Of a DNA stretch of 24,000 nucleotides, positions 6,951 through 15,738 are shown in pieces. The notes under the pieces are model-generated. The model made no database searches and had not been told where the DNA came from. It saw nothing but the letters and a program-made list of their open reading frames with translations. Source of the stretch: Kiloniella sp. EL199 (lineage in GTDB: Bacteria > Pseudomonadota > Alphaproteobacteria > Kiloniellales > Kiloniellaceae). Position numbers and translations under genes: made by a program. Each line of letters opens with the position of its first letter. Position 1 is the stretch's first letter. The stretch covers positions 569,481 to 593,480 of the forward strand of contig NZ_OMPU01000013.1 in assembly GCF_900313065.1 (NCBI RefSeq), in the 5' to 3' direction.

Positions 6951-7913
6951 TTAGTCCGTAAATTTAACTGTGGACTGCCGTTCCCTGTTTACTGATAGCT
7001 GTGTAATATCAGGTCTTGAATAATGCCCGGCGGGATCAAAGTTTTGACGTTCTCTCCGGACCATTTTGTGGTCAATGGTTGCCACGGCTAAACGCTCTTC
7101 GCCAATAATAGGTTCGATAACCCACTTGCCATCCGGACCCATCAGACAGCTACCACCATTGGCCAGAAAACCGGTGCTTTCTCCTGCTCGGATAAGGTCA
7201 GCATGGGGGATGTTATCGGTGATATTTTCCACGCGCATTAGTCCACAGACAAACATCGTGTAAGAGCGAGACTCTTTGGCGATGAAACCGGGTAAGTCAT
7301 GTGTGTTGTGATCTCCGCCGGGCCAACAGGAAAAGTGTAGATCTTCGCCTTGTGCATAGAGCGAAGCGCGGGCAAGTGGCATCCAGTTTTCCCAGCAGTT
7401 CAGACCGCCAACAGTGAACTCGCCAAGGGCGTGTGTGCACAGGCCGTGACCATCACCAGGAGCCCAGGCCAGTCGCTCTTCATAAGTAGGCATCAGCTTG
7501 CGATGGACGGAACCTATCTGGCCTTGTTTATTGATATATACGAGGGTGCAGTAAAGACTATGTCCGGCCCGATCAAGAGGGCGTTCCATTATCCCGACAT
7601 AGACAGCAATCTCGCGGGCCTTAGCAACGTCGCACAGGGATGCTAGATCACCTCGTTCAATACAGACACCTTCATCCAGATACTTGGCGTGGATTTCCTT
7701 TTGAATGTCGTTGTTAAAGCGAGCGCTGTCAGTGCGGTCGAGCCAGAAAGGATAGCCGGGAGCCAAAGCCTCGCCAAAACCAACGAGATCACAACCTTGA
7801 TCCGCGGCTTGATTTATATAGTCGATGATTTTCTCAAGCGTGGCTTTGCGATTGAGCCATACGGGAGTGATTTGGGCAAGCCCAACGGTCAATAGATCTT
7901 TATTGGCAGACAT
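6951..7913 (-). CDS. Nitrilase (carbon-nitrogen hydrolase superfamily)
   Basis: Catalytic triad contexts are present: FGEAL (Glu), HRKLMPT (Lys), CWENWMP (Cys). I place the start at ATG 7913 (MSANKDL...) because GGAG lies 7 nt upstream. The 14-codon extension to 7955 has no such signal. Confidence 0.9.
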   Translation of the reverse strand: MSANKDLLTVGLAQITPVWLNRKATLEKIIDYINQAADQGCDLVGFGEALAPGYPFWLDRTDSARFNNDIQKEIHAKYLDEGVCIERGDLASLCDVAKAREIAVYVGIMERPLDRAGHSLYCTLVYINKQGQIGSVHRKLMPTYEERLAWAPGDGHGLCTHALGEFTVGGLNCWENWMPLARASLYAQGEDLHFSCWPGGDHNTHDLPGFIAKESRSYTMFVCGLMRVENITDNIPHADLIRAGESTGFLANGGSCLMGPDGKWVIEPIIGEERLAVATIDHKMVRRERQNFDPAGHYSRPDITQLSVNRERQSTVKFTD

Positions 7914-8015
7914 ATTAGAACTCCGGATAAAATGAACTTGTCCAGAGTTAAGCACGCTGATTTTAAGGGATCAAAGCTTGATCGGTAGCTGCGGTCTCTT
8001 TACCGCAAGAATGTG

Positions 8016-8037
8016 AAAAAGCCCTCGTTTAGAGGGC
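8016..8037 (-). terminator. Rho-independent terminator after the SbmA/BacA-like gene
   Basis: On the minus strand: GCCCTC-taaac-GAGGGC (8021-8037) followed by TTTTT (8016-8020), 34 nt after the stop codon. Confidence 0.75.
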
Positions 8038-8070
8038 TTCTTGCTTGCTCCAAATGATTACGGAGTATTT

Positions 8071-9126
8071 TTACGTGTATACAGATGAACTGGCTGTCGG
8101 TTTTTCAAACCGTCGCAGGTTATGCTCAAATTCGTTCAGTCGACGATAGATAGAACGGAGCTCAGTTATTGTTGTCCAGTTGTGGAGAAACAAAGCAAAG
8201 CTGTTATGTACTTTTTGGAACGCGTTATTAACTTGAACTAATACTCCGAGAAGTATTGCTCCTGTAAAGAGGCTTGGTCCCATAACTAAGTATGCAAAAA
8301 TGACCATAAATTGGTCATAACTATTTACCCATATGTCAAAGTATCCATAGTGCCAGTAGAGCCTTTGGAAATTAAATCTAATACCAGTGAATAGCTCGAA
8401 TAGATTTTCTGGACGGGCGTGATCTACTTTATTGTCTTCTCCCAATACGAGGTCTTTACGAAATGCAGCTTCTACTTTTTGATTGTTGTACTCTAAACCC
8501 GGAAGCTTAATACCAACGAACCATGAGATAATAATGCCGCCTATAGAAACAAATAATGCACACCAAACTAATGAACCTTCATAATCTCTGATAATAGGTA
8601 TATCAACTTCATCACTGAAGTTCCAAAGTATTGGAATAAAAGCGATTAACGTCATAATGGCACGCACAATCTGTAATCCTAAAGATTCAACAATCCTTGC
8701 AAATCTATTACAATCTTCTTGAATGCGTTGCGATGCTCCTTCGATTTCCTCTTCAACGTTACGCCAACGAGGGATAAAGCTAAAAGTCATCGCTTGTCGC
8801 CAACGCAACCCATATATACGAGTGAACCACCCTGTAATAGTTGCTATGAGGACATATGGTGCAGCTAGAATAAAAAAGGAAGGTTCTCCTTCGAAACCAT
8901 TCGTGACAAATTGAGTGCTTAATAATTTGTCATAAAATAATGTTATGCCTTCATCTGGTTTGTCATAATAATCTTTTGCATTTTGCAATAAGTTATAGAA
9001 CCCTCCGTACCATTTATTTATTGCAACAGTAAATTGTACTTGAATCCAAAGAGATAAAATTAAAATACCCGCCCCACCATAAGCCCAGAGCGCCCATTCT
9101 TTGGTTTTATAAAAGCTATGAAACAT
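8071..9126 (-). CDS. SbmA/BacA-like inner-membrane peptide transporter (short form, 351 aa)
   Basis: Blocks match my recollection of E. coli SbmA: [14 protein letters not shown] (SbmA AVNAWYAPFYDLIQ), [12 protein letters not shown] (AQRVQEDTMRFA), [27 protein letters not shown] ([27 protein letters not shown]), [22 protein letters not shown] (SWTTLVELMSIYKRLRSFEHEL). Confidence 0.8.
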   Translation of the reverse strand: [351 protein letters not shown]

Positions 9127-9320
9127 GTGGTTCTTTCTCTGTGGCCTTTGGAAAATTGATTGTGGCTATCATGGCGATGGCTTGTGGCAGGATCAAGGCT
9201 GGATTTATCTGCTACATGCAATAAGGCGTGAAATCACAATAACTTGAAGTGCGATGAACGTTGTTCGCGCTAGAGGACGTCTGTTTTGTCGCAAATCAGC
9301 AGGGAATTGAGTGTGTATAT

Positions 9321-9354
9321 AAAAACAGCAGCAAGTTGCTCTGACTTGCTGCTG
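9321..9354 (-). terminator. Rho-independent terminator after the dehydrogenase gene
   Basis: On the minus strand: CAGCAGCAAGT-cagagca-ACTTGCTGCTG, a perfect 11-bp stem (9326-9336 / 9344-9354), followed by TTTTT (9321-9325). Confidence 0.85.
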
Positions 9355-9371
9355 TTTGGGCCGCTTTACGA

Positions 9372-10241
9372 TTAATCGTTTTGTAGCAGGTGCACCAGAC
9401 TGGATGTGTCCCAGCGATTACCGCCACGGGCCTGTACCTGTGCGTAAAACTGATCAACAAGGTGGGTCACGGGTAAGCGGGCACCGTTGCGTTTTGATTC
9501 TTCGAAACAGATACCAAGATCCTTGCGCATCCAATCGACGGCAAAGCCAAATTCGAACTCGCCCTGACACATGGTTGACCCCCGGTTCTCCATTTGCCAG
9601 GAACCTGCGGCTCCTTTGGAGATGACGTCGATGACCTTTTCCATATCCAGATTTGCTTTCTGGCCGAAATTCATGGCTTCACTGAGACCTTGGACGAGGC
9701 CGGCAATAGCAATCTGATTAACCATCTTGGTCAACTGCCCAGATCCCACAGGTCCCATCAGGGTAACTGCACGAGAAAAACAATCAGCAACGGGTTTGAT
9801 GCGATCAAAGGCGGCCTGTTCTCCGCCACACATAACCGTCAGAACACCGTTTTCGGCACCGGCCTGACCGCCTGATACCGGGGCGTCGATAAAGTGGATG
9901 GATTTTTCTCGGGCAATTGCATCAAGCTCACGGGCAACATCAGCAGACGCCGTGGTGTGATCGACCAAAACAGTGTCTGGGGTCATCCCGGCGAAGATCC
10001 CGTCGTCGCCGAGAACAACAGAGCGCAGATCATCGTCGTTACCGACACAGCAAAAAACAATTTCTGCCCCTTCAGATGCAGCACGCGGTGTTGTGCCACT
10101 TTGGCCACCGTGTTCTTTGACCCAGGCGTCAGCTTTGGCACCAGTGCGATTGTAAACGCTGACATCATACCCTTTTGCGGCAAGATGTCCTGCCATAGGG
10201 TAGCCCATAACACCCAAACCAATAAACGCAACCTTTGCCAT
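9372..10241 (-). CDS. NAD(P)-dependent beta-hydroxyacid dehydrogenase (3-hydroxyisobutyrate dehydrogenase family)
   Basis: N-terminal Rossmann motif VAFIGLGVMGYPMAGHLAAKGYDVSVYNRT. The size (289 aa) and the family-typical central DAPVSGG motif fit. GGGAG lies 8 nt upstream of the ATG. Confidence 0.9.
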   Translation of the reverse strand: MAKVAFIGLGVMGYPMAGHLAAKGYDVSVYNRTGAKADAWVKEHGGQSGTTPRAASEGAEIVFCCVGNDDDLRSVVLGDDGIFAGMTPDTVLVDHTTASADVARELDAIAREKSIHFIDAPVSGGQAGAENGVLTVMCGGEQAAFDRIKPVADCFSRAVTLMGPVGSGQLTKMVNQIAIAGLVQGLSEAMNFGQKANLDMEKVIDVISKGAAGSWQMENRGSTMCQGEFEFGFAVDWMRKDLGICFEESKRNGARLPVTHLVDQFYAQVQARGGNRWDTSSLVHLLQND

Positions 10242-10505
10242 AATCTTGCTCCCTATATTTTTAAGCGGAACTCATGGGATGATTAATTTGGGGCGATCCC
10301 GAAGAAAAAGATCAAGCCCGGGTTTATTCCCCAGAGTTTGTTTTATCGAATTGATGAGAGCTTAGGAACTTGAAAGGAATAGGGCAAGAGGCAGGGCACA
10401 TTGTCCTGTAAATGATAGGGACAATATGTGTATACCAAAAAAAGCACGGAAATTAAAACTGGTGCTTCCAGTGTTCAAAGTCTTATCGCCTGTGATGATC
10501 TTTAT

Positions 10506-12902
10506 CTAAGACACCTTTGCAGGGAGATATTGATTGATCACGTTTATAAGAATATCGAAGTCGACAGGCTTCGCTACGTAATCATTCATACCTGCTGCGA
10601 TGTAGGTATCCCGATCACCTTTCATGGCATTTGCCGTCACGGCAATGATAGGGATTTGCGATTTAGTGCTTTTTAATGCCCGGATTGCCTTGGTTGCCTC
10701 TATACCGTCCATCTCCGGCATCTGAATATCCATGAGGATAATATCCGGGTCTTTATGTTTCAGATATTCAAGCGCTTCAATGCCATTAAAGGCGACTTCT
10801 GGCTTGTGGCCGCGCTTTGTTAAAAACTTTGTCAGAAGCATCTGATTAATTTTATTGTCTTCGGCGATAAGGATATGGAGTTGCTCATTGTCCGGCAGAG
10901 ATACAGGTTTGACGACTGTCGCTGCAGGTGCATCCGATGCTACCTCTTCTTGCTTGATAGATTGCTCTGTCTGGATAGGTGCGGCATCTGTTTCTATCGG
11001 TTCAACAACCTCTAACGGTATGGTGAACCAGAATGTACTGCCATTTCCCAGGGAACTTTCCAAACCAATCTCGCCGTCCATCTGTTTACTGAGGCGCTTG
11101 ACGATCGAAAGACCCAGGCCGGCCCCACCATGTTTTCTGGATGAAGTACCGTCAGCCTGTGTGAAGCGCTCGAAAATACGATCCTGATCTTCGTCGCTGA
11201 TGCCAATGCCGGTGTCTTCTACGGAGCATCTAATCCATTGAGTGCTGCCTGAACGAGGTTTTTCCGGGGAAATCGTAATTTTGATATAGCCTGTATCTGT
11301 AAACTTGATGGCATTCCCCACAAGATTGAAAAGCACTTGGCGAAGTCTTGTCGGATCACTCTTTACCCATTCGGGTAATGTTGGGTCGATTTCTGAAATC
11401 AGGGCCAAGCTTTTTGACGAGGCTTTCGGGCGTTGTGCTGATGTCACAGATTCCAGAATTTCAGGCAGGCTAAAGCTGCTGATTTCCAGTTTACTTACAC
11501 CAGCTTCCAGTTTTGAAATATCCAGAATATCGTTAATCAGCAGTATGAGGTGATCGGCAGAATTCTTGATAGAGTTTGTGTATTCCAACTGTTCTTGATC
11601 AAGTTCACTTTCCAGAAGCAAGTTTGTCATACCAACGACACCGTTCATCGGTGTTCGAATTTCGTGGCTCATGGTGGCAAGAAATTCTGATTTACTTCTG
11701 CTTGCTTGTTCTGCTTCTATTTTTGCTGCGATCAAATTCTCTTCTGTGCGTTGACGTTCTGCGACCTCTTCTTCCAATCGATCATTGGTCTCTTGCAACC
11801 AATGGGTTCTGTCTCGAACCTTGTCTTCCAAATCGCTTTGGTACTGACTAATTTCTGATTCCATGGCATCAAAACTTTCCAATGCCAGCAATAGTTCGTT
11901 TGATTGAGTTTCTGAAATTGCCTCAGTTGTCAGGGTCTCGCTCATTTTCATGGCGTTGATTTTATTTCGAAGCGTCGCCAGAGGGTTAATGACAATTTTA
12001 TGGAGCGAGATGACAATGAAGAACAAAGCGATGGCAAAAAAAGCAGCAAGAAGTTGCAAAACCGTAACAATGGCAAATTGACCCTTGTTCAGAATTTCCA
12101 TGGCATGAGGGTGAACCAGACGCATCAATTTTACATCATTCATGGCAATGATATCGATGTAAGAATAGAGCATATTGTTGTCTTGATCGTCGTACAGACC
12201 AATGGCATCAATTTGAAGAGGATCCGAGATAACCGGGACAGGCAGGTTCTGTTTATCTGCGATGCTTTGATCAAGGCTGAAGACGGTATTGAATTCAGCA
12301 TTTAGATCCTCTGCGATCTTGCTCATGCGAGCCTGATCAAGATATCTACCCGTTATGGCGATCCCGCGTGCCGGGCCGTCTAAATTACTTTTAAGAATAG
12401 GATGAGCCGCGAGCATCATTGGGCCACGTGTTGTTTGTGCAAACCCGGCCATGCCATTGTTTGCAATAACAGTCTGAGGAGACATCACGGTTCTGGTTTT
12501 GTTGTCGACGAAGGTAATTTCCAGATCACTAAAGGCCTCTGCATCCTTGTCAAACCAACGCCCCCATACGATATCATTGTTCATGTCGTAAAAAGCCATG
12601 AGATGAATATCGGTTAACAGAAAGGTATCATCAGGTGCACTGGTTGAAATGAATTCAGGATCTTTTGATACCATGTAGTTATAGGTATCATCCCACACCC
12701 CCCAGTCACTGGAATAGATTTTCAAATCTTCCAGTTCATCGTGGAGTGTATTTTGTATCTGTTGTGATCTGTGGATGGTATTTTCGCGATCAAGATCGGC
12801 AAACTCTGGCGCCACAACGATGTAGAGAATACTTGCACTTGTCAGAATGAGTACAAGAAATAATATTGCCAGAAGTGAACCAATTTTGCTTTGTATCGAC
12901 AT
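10506..12902 (-). CDS. Hybrid sensor histidine kinase / response regulator with periplasmic CHASE4-like sensor domain
   Basis: TM1 (LLAILFLVLILTSASILYIVV) is followed by a ~250-aa periplasmic region containing SSDWGVWDDTYNYM (CHASE4-like), then TM2. A coiled coil, H-box SHEIRTPMNG, HATPase (GAGLGLSIV) and a C-terminal receiver (ILMDIQMPEMDG ... VTANAM) follow. Confidence 0.88.
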   Translation of the reverse strand: MSIQSKIGSLLAILFLVLILTSASILYIVVAPEFADLDRENTIHRSQQIQNTLHDELEDLKIYSSDWGVWDDTYNYMVSKDPEFISTSAPDDTFLLTDIHLMAFYDMNNDIVWGRWFDKDAEAFSDLEITFVDNKTRTVMSPQTVIANNGMAGFAQTTRGPMMLAAHPILKSNLDGPARGIAITGRYLDQARMSKIAEDLNAEFNTVFSLDQSIADKQNLPVPVISDPLQIDAIGLYDDQDNNMLYSYIDIIAMNDVKLMRLVHPHAMEILNKGQFAIVTVLQLLAAFFAIALFFIVISLHKIVINPLATLRNKINAMKMSETLTTEAISETQSNELLLALESFDAMESEISQYQSDLEDKVRDRTHWLQETNDRLEEEVAERQRTEENLIAAKIEAEQASRSKSEFLATMSHEIRTPMNGVVGMTNLLLESELDQEQLEYTNSIKNSADHLILLINDILDISKLEAGVSKLEISSFSLPEILESVTSAQRPKASSKSLALISEIDPTLPEWVKSDPTRLRQVLFNLVGNAIKFTDTGYIKITISPEKPRSGSTQWIRCSVEDTGIGISDEDQDRIFERFTQADGTSSRKHGGAGLGLSIVKRLSKQMDGEIGLESSLGNGSTFWFTIPLEVVEPIETDAAPIQTEQSIKQEEVASDAPAATVVKPVSLPDNEQLHILIAEDNKINQMLLTKFLTKRGHKPEVAFNGIEALEYLKHKDPDIILMDIQMPEMDGIEATKAIRALKSTKSQIPIIAVTANAMKGDRDTYIAAGMNDYVAKPVDFDILINVINQYLPAKVS

Positions 12903-13019
12903 AACTTTTGCCAGCCTTTCACGTGTTGACTTCGTAACGCACGCACTGGATTTGGAAATCTTGCAGATCAGAAAGCAAAACTTCTATTTATAATCAGAGC
13001 AAGTATATAATTGATTGTT

Positions 13020-13451
13020 TTAATAAATTGTTTCTATTTTCGCGAGTGCCTGAAAGGGAAGCAATACGCAGTTATGTCTGTTTTTGATTGTCGCAACAGG
13101 CTGGAAAATATGGAATGATTCCCAATTATTAGGAAGTGATATAGGTAAGTTTTCCTTTAGTTGTGTCCTTAATAGATGATGAATTTCCTGTAATTCCAAT
13201 AGATTTCGCCCAGAAGAAAGCTCTTTGATAAGTTGTGCAGACGCTTTGCAAAGAGCACAGGATTGGGCTTTGTAACCGATCTCCAGAATAAGATCGTCAT
13301 TCATCATCATATCCAGCGTAATACGATCTCCACAAAGGGGATTATCATGGACTATCGTGTAATCGGGGTTGTTTAGGCGACAATCACTCATGGCGGCAAG
13401 GCGCAGAAGCTCTTTGTTGTAGAGATCTTCATCAGTTATTTGTTCGTTCAT
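13020..13451 (-). CDS. IscU/SufU/NifU-N-like Fe-S cluster scaffold-type protein
   Basis: Three Cys residues sit in scaffold-like contexts: NPLCGDRITLD, SCALCKASA, RHNCVLLP. The start overlaps the upstream stop as ATGA (13448-13451). Confidence 0.65.
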   Translation of the reverse strand: MNEQITDEDLYNKELLRLAAMSDCRLNNPDYTIVHDNPLCGDRITLDMMMNDDLILEIGYKAQSCALCKASAQLIKELSSGRNLLELQEIHHLLRTQLKENLPISLPNNWESFHIFQPVATIKNRHNCVLLPFQALAKIETIY

Positions 13452-15064
13452 TTTGTGTAACTCGTCGCGCGCAGTGTGGATAGTGCTTCTGGGGTATCTA
13501 TATCGGAAAGCACAGATGTATTCTCCATTGGGACTTCCTGTAAATCGCCGGGATAGTTACCAAGAAGGTGCCGTGCACCGCTGTCACCCTTTAGATTAAG
13601 CATCTCGGGAATGAAACTTCTACTCCATAGTACAGGATTTCCCCGCTTCCCTTCAAACGTTGGAACGCAGATTGCTGCACCATTTTCCGGGTCATAGGAT
13701 TTGATCAATTGATTTAGCTGTGTGCTATGGATCGACGGCATATCACCCAAACAGATCAGGACGGCATCACTGTCTGCTGGCACAGCCATTAATCCTTTGA
13801 TCAAAGATGTGCTGAGGCCTTCCGAAAAATCAGGATTGTGGACGTATTCGACATCGTTGGACTGCAGACTTTCCACTACTAAACCAGCTTCGTGTCCGGT
13901 TACGACAATTGTATGACCGACTTTACTTTCATCAATGTTATCTGCTACCCATTTTACAAGTGGTTTGCCGTGCCATTCCTGAAGGAGTTTATTTTCAGGT
14001 CCCATCCTGCGGGATTGTCCTGCGGCCAGCAGAATAGCTGTTACTTTGGGCTGGTGAGATATCGTATCTGAAAGCATTTTTTCTCTTGGTTGTGGGCGTG
14101 TTGGAATTTCAGAGAGCAAGCCGCCGCATCCCATTTGCATGATGGTATCTTTTGAGACATCCAACCCGGCGATAATACGTTGTAAAATCCAGTCAAAGCC
14201 ATTGAGCTTTGGTGATCTGGCGCATCCGGGCAGGCCAATAATGCTAGAACCTGAGTGATGTCCTAACAAGAGCAAATTGCCAGGGTCTACTGGCATTCCA
14301 AAATGCTCTATTTCACCGCCCGAAAGTTCCAGCCCTTTGGGCAATGCATCCTGTCTATCTACAATTGCTGAAGCGCCAAAAATTAGTATGAGATCGTGGT
14401 GGGTTTTGCGCAGGTTGTTAATCGCGCTAGCAATTGAATCAGTATTATGATCAACGGTCATAACTTCAGAAAGTTCGTTCGCACAGGATTTGAGGCGCTG
14501 GTTCACAACCGTTTGGGTTTTTTCCAGAACAGATTTCTTGGTTTGTGGTAACCGGGTCAGGATTAAGCCAGTTTTAAGTTTTCGAAAGGGATGAACTGTA
14601 AGTTGGGCTAATCCTCGGGTTTGCTCAAGGGCCTGTGATGATGCCGCTAAGGGAATGATTTTTGCCGTGGCTACAAGCTGATCGGGGTGAACAACTGTGT
14701 AAGGAGAGAGTGTTGCCAGAGTGATGGCTTCATCAATCGAATTAATTTTCCCGACTTCTTGTGGTGTGGTTTCAAAGATGCCGTGCTTTGTACTGTAAAT
14801 GTTACAGCGCCCTGTGAAGGCGGTGCTTGTTTTGATACCATTGCCACTGACAAACTGGCCAAGCTGTGCAGCAGCAAGATCTTCGTGAATATCATGCTCT
14901 TCAAGCCGGATCGTTGTTATCGTTACAATATCTGACATAAGCAAATCATCTATATCAGAGGACGTTAGTTGATGTCCTTTACTTAAACATCCTTTATGGG
15001 TGTTAATTGAATGTGCAAGATAGGTGCCTTCGGCATCTTTTGTTTTAATTTCTGCGTAGATCAC
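13448..15064 (-). CDS. Fusion of a molybdopterin-binding (MoCF_BD/MoeA-CinA-like) domain with a MobA-like NTP transferase (MocA-type molybdenum cofactor cytidylyltransferase)
   Basis: The C-terminal ~200 aa carry the MobA/MocA signature AILLAAGQSRRMGPENKLL ... LICLGDMP. The N-terminal ~330 aa have the LILIFGASAIVDRQD ... GMPVDPGNLLLLG layout of MoCF-binding domains. The GTG start overlaps the upstream TGA (GTGA, 15061-15064). Confidence 0.78.
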   Translation of the reverse strand: MIYAEIKTKDAEGTYLAHSINTHKGCLSKGHQLTSSDIDDLLMSDIVTITTIRLEEHDIHEDLAAAQLGQFVSGNGIKTSTAFTGRCNIYSTKHGIFETTPQEVGKINSIDEAITLATLSPYTVVHPDQLVATAKIIPLAASSQALEQTRGLAQLTVHPFRKLKTGLILTRLPQTKKSVLEKTQTVVNQRLKSCANELSEVMTVDHNTDSIASAINNLRKTHHDLILIFGASAIVDRQDALPKGLELSGGEIEHFGMPVDPGNLLLLGHHSGSSIIGLPGCARSPKLNGFDWILQRIIAGLDVSKDTIMQMGCGGLLSEIPTRPQPREKMLSDTISHQPKVTAILLAAGQSRRMGPENKLLQEWHGKPLVKWVADNIDESKVGHTIVVTGHEAGLVVESLQSNDVEYVHNPDFSEGLSTSLIKGLMAVPADSDAVLICLGDMPSIHSTQLNQLIKSYDPENGAAICVPTFEGKRGNPVLWSRSFIPEMLNLKGDSGARHLLGNYPGDLQEVPMENTSVLSDIDTPEALSTLRATSYTK

Positions 15065-15738
15065 GTCTTGTCCCCATGTCGCAGGGACTTTGTAATTGAG
15101 GCAAGAATGGATACCGCGATTTCGGCAGGGTTTTTTGCACCAATGTCCAGTCCTATCGGCCCTTCGATCCGATTCAGATTTTTTAAATGCTCCAGACGGT
15201 CAAGGCGTTTGGTGTGGGTTCTTTTGCTACCCAGTGCACCGATGTAAAACGCTTCTGACTTTAAGGACGCTTCCAATGCAGGATCGTCCAGTTTAGGATC
15301 ATGCGTCAGCAAGACAACAGCCGTTCTGTGATCAGGTTTGAGATCTTCCATGGCTTCATCAGGCCACTCGTTGGTTATTTCACAATTGGGGAAGCGGGCT
15401 TTGTTGCCAAACGCACTTCGCGGATCAATGAGAATAACCTCGTATCCTGCTGATTGTGCCATGGGTACTAAAAATTGAGATATGTGAACGGCACCAACTA
15501 TGATCAACCGTAGCGGTGGATTGAAAACCTGAACGAAGGTTTCCCCGTCTTCAGTTTCAAGGACATAGGATCTGTCATCACGTATCGCTGTTTTGAGGTC
15601 ATCCAGAAGAGGATGTTGTGTATCGGGCCTTAAGGGGTATATCAGTTTCTGTTCACCGCTTTTCAAATCTGTGAGCAGAACAGCGGTTTCCTTTGCTGCC
15701 TTGGCGACATTAAGTTGATCGAGTGTTGTGCGCTTCAT
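15061..15738 (-). CDS. XdhC/CoxI-family molybdoenzyme maturation factor, Rossmann-like C-terminal half as a separate ORF
   Basis: LIIVGAVHISQFLVPMAQSAGYEVILIDPR ... YIGALGSKRT is typical of the XdhC C-terminal domain. The start overlaps the preceding stop as ATGA (15735-15738). Confidence 0.8.
   Translation of the reverse strand: MKRTTLDQLNVAKAAKETAVLLTDLKSGEQKLIYPLRPDTQHPLLDDLKTAIRDDRSYVLETEDGETFVQVFNPPLRLIIVGAVHISQFLVPMAQSAGYEVILIDPRSAFGNKARFPNCEITNEWPDEAMEDLKPDHRTAVVLLTHDPKLDDPALEASLKSEAFYIGALGSKRTHTKRLDRLEHLKNLNRIEGPIGLDIGAKNPAEIAVSILASITKSLRHGDKT

Noticed and set aside
7914-7955. A 14-codon N-terminal extension of the nitrilase ORF (MLNSGQVHFIRSSN).
   Set aside because: The internal ATG at 7913 has a GGAG 7 nt upstream and yields a family-typical N-terminus. 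The extension has no ribosome-binding site.
10397-10430. An imperfect hairpin CACATTGTCC-(12-nt loop)-GGACAATATGTG between the hybrid kinase and the dehydrogenase, considered as a terminator or REP-like element.
   Set aside because: Neither strand has a U-tract after the stem, there is a 2-nt bulge, and no second copy occurs in the window. The nearby T7 tract (complement of 10436-10442) is preceded only by a 4-bp stem. Evidence is insufficient for a feature call.
15735-15738. Split XdhC read as a frameshifted pseudogene.
   Set aside because: The junction is a clean ATGA stop/start overlap, both halves are intact domains, and the neighbouring junctions (TAATG, GTGA, ATGA) show the same coupling style. 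It is kept as two CDSs, with the caveat noted in findings.
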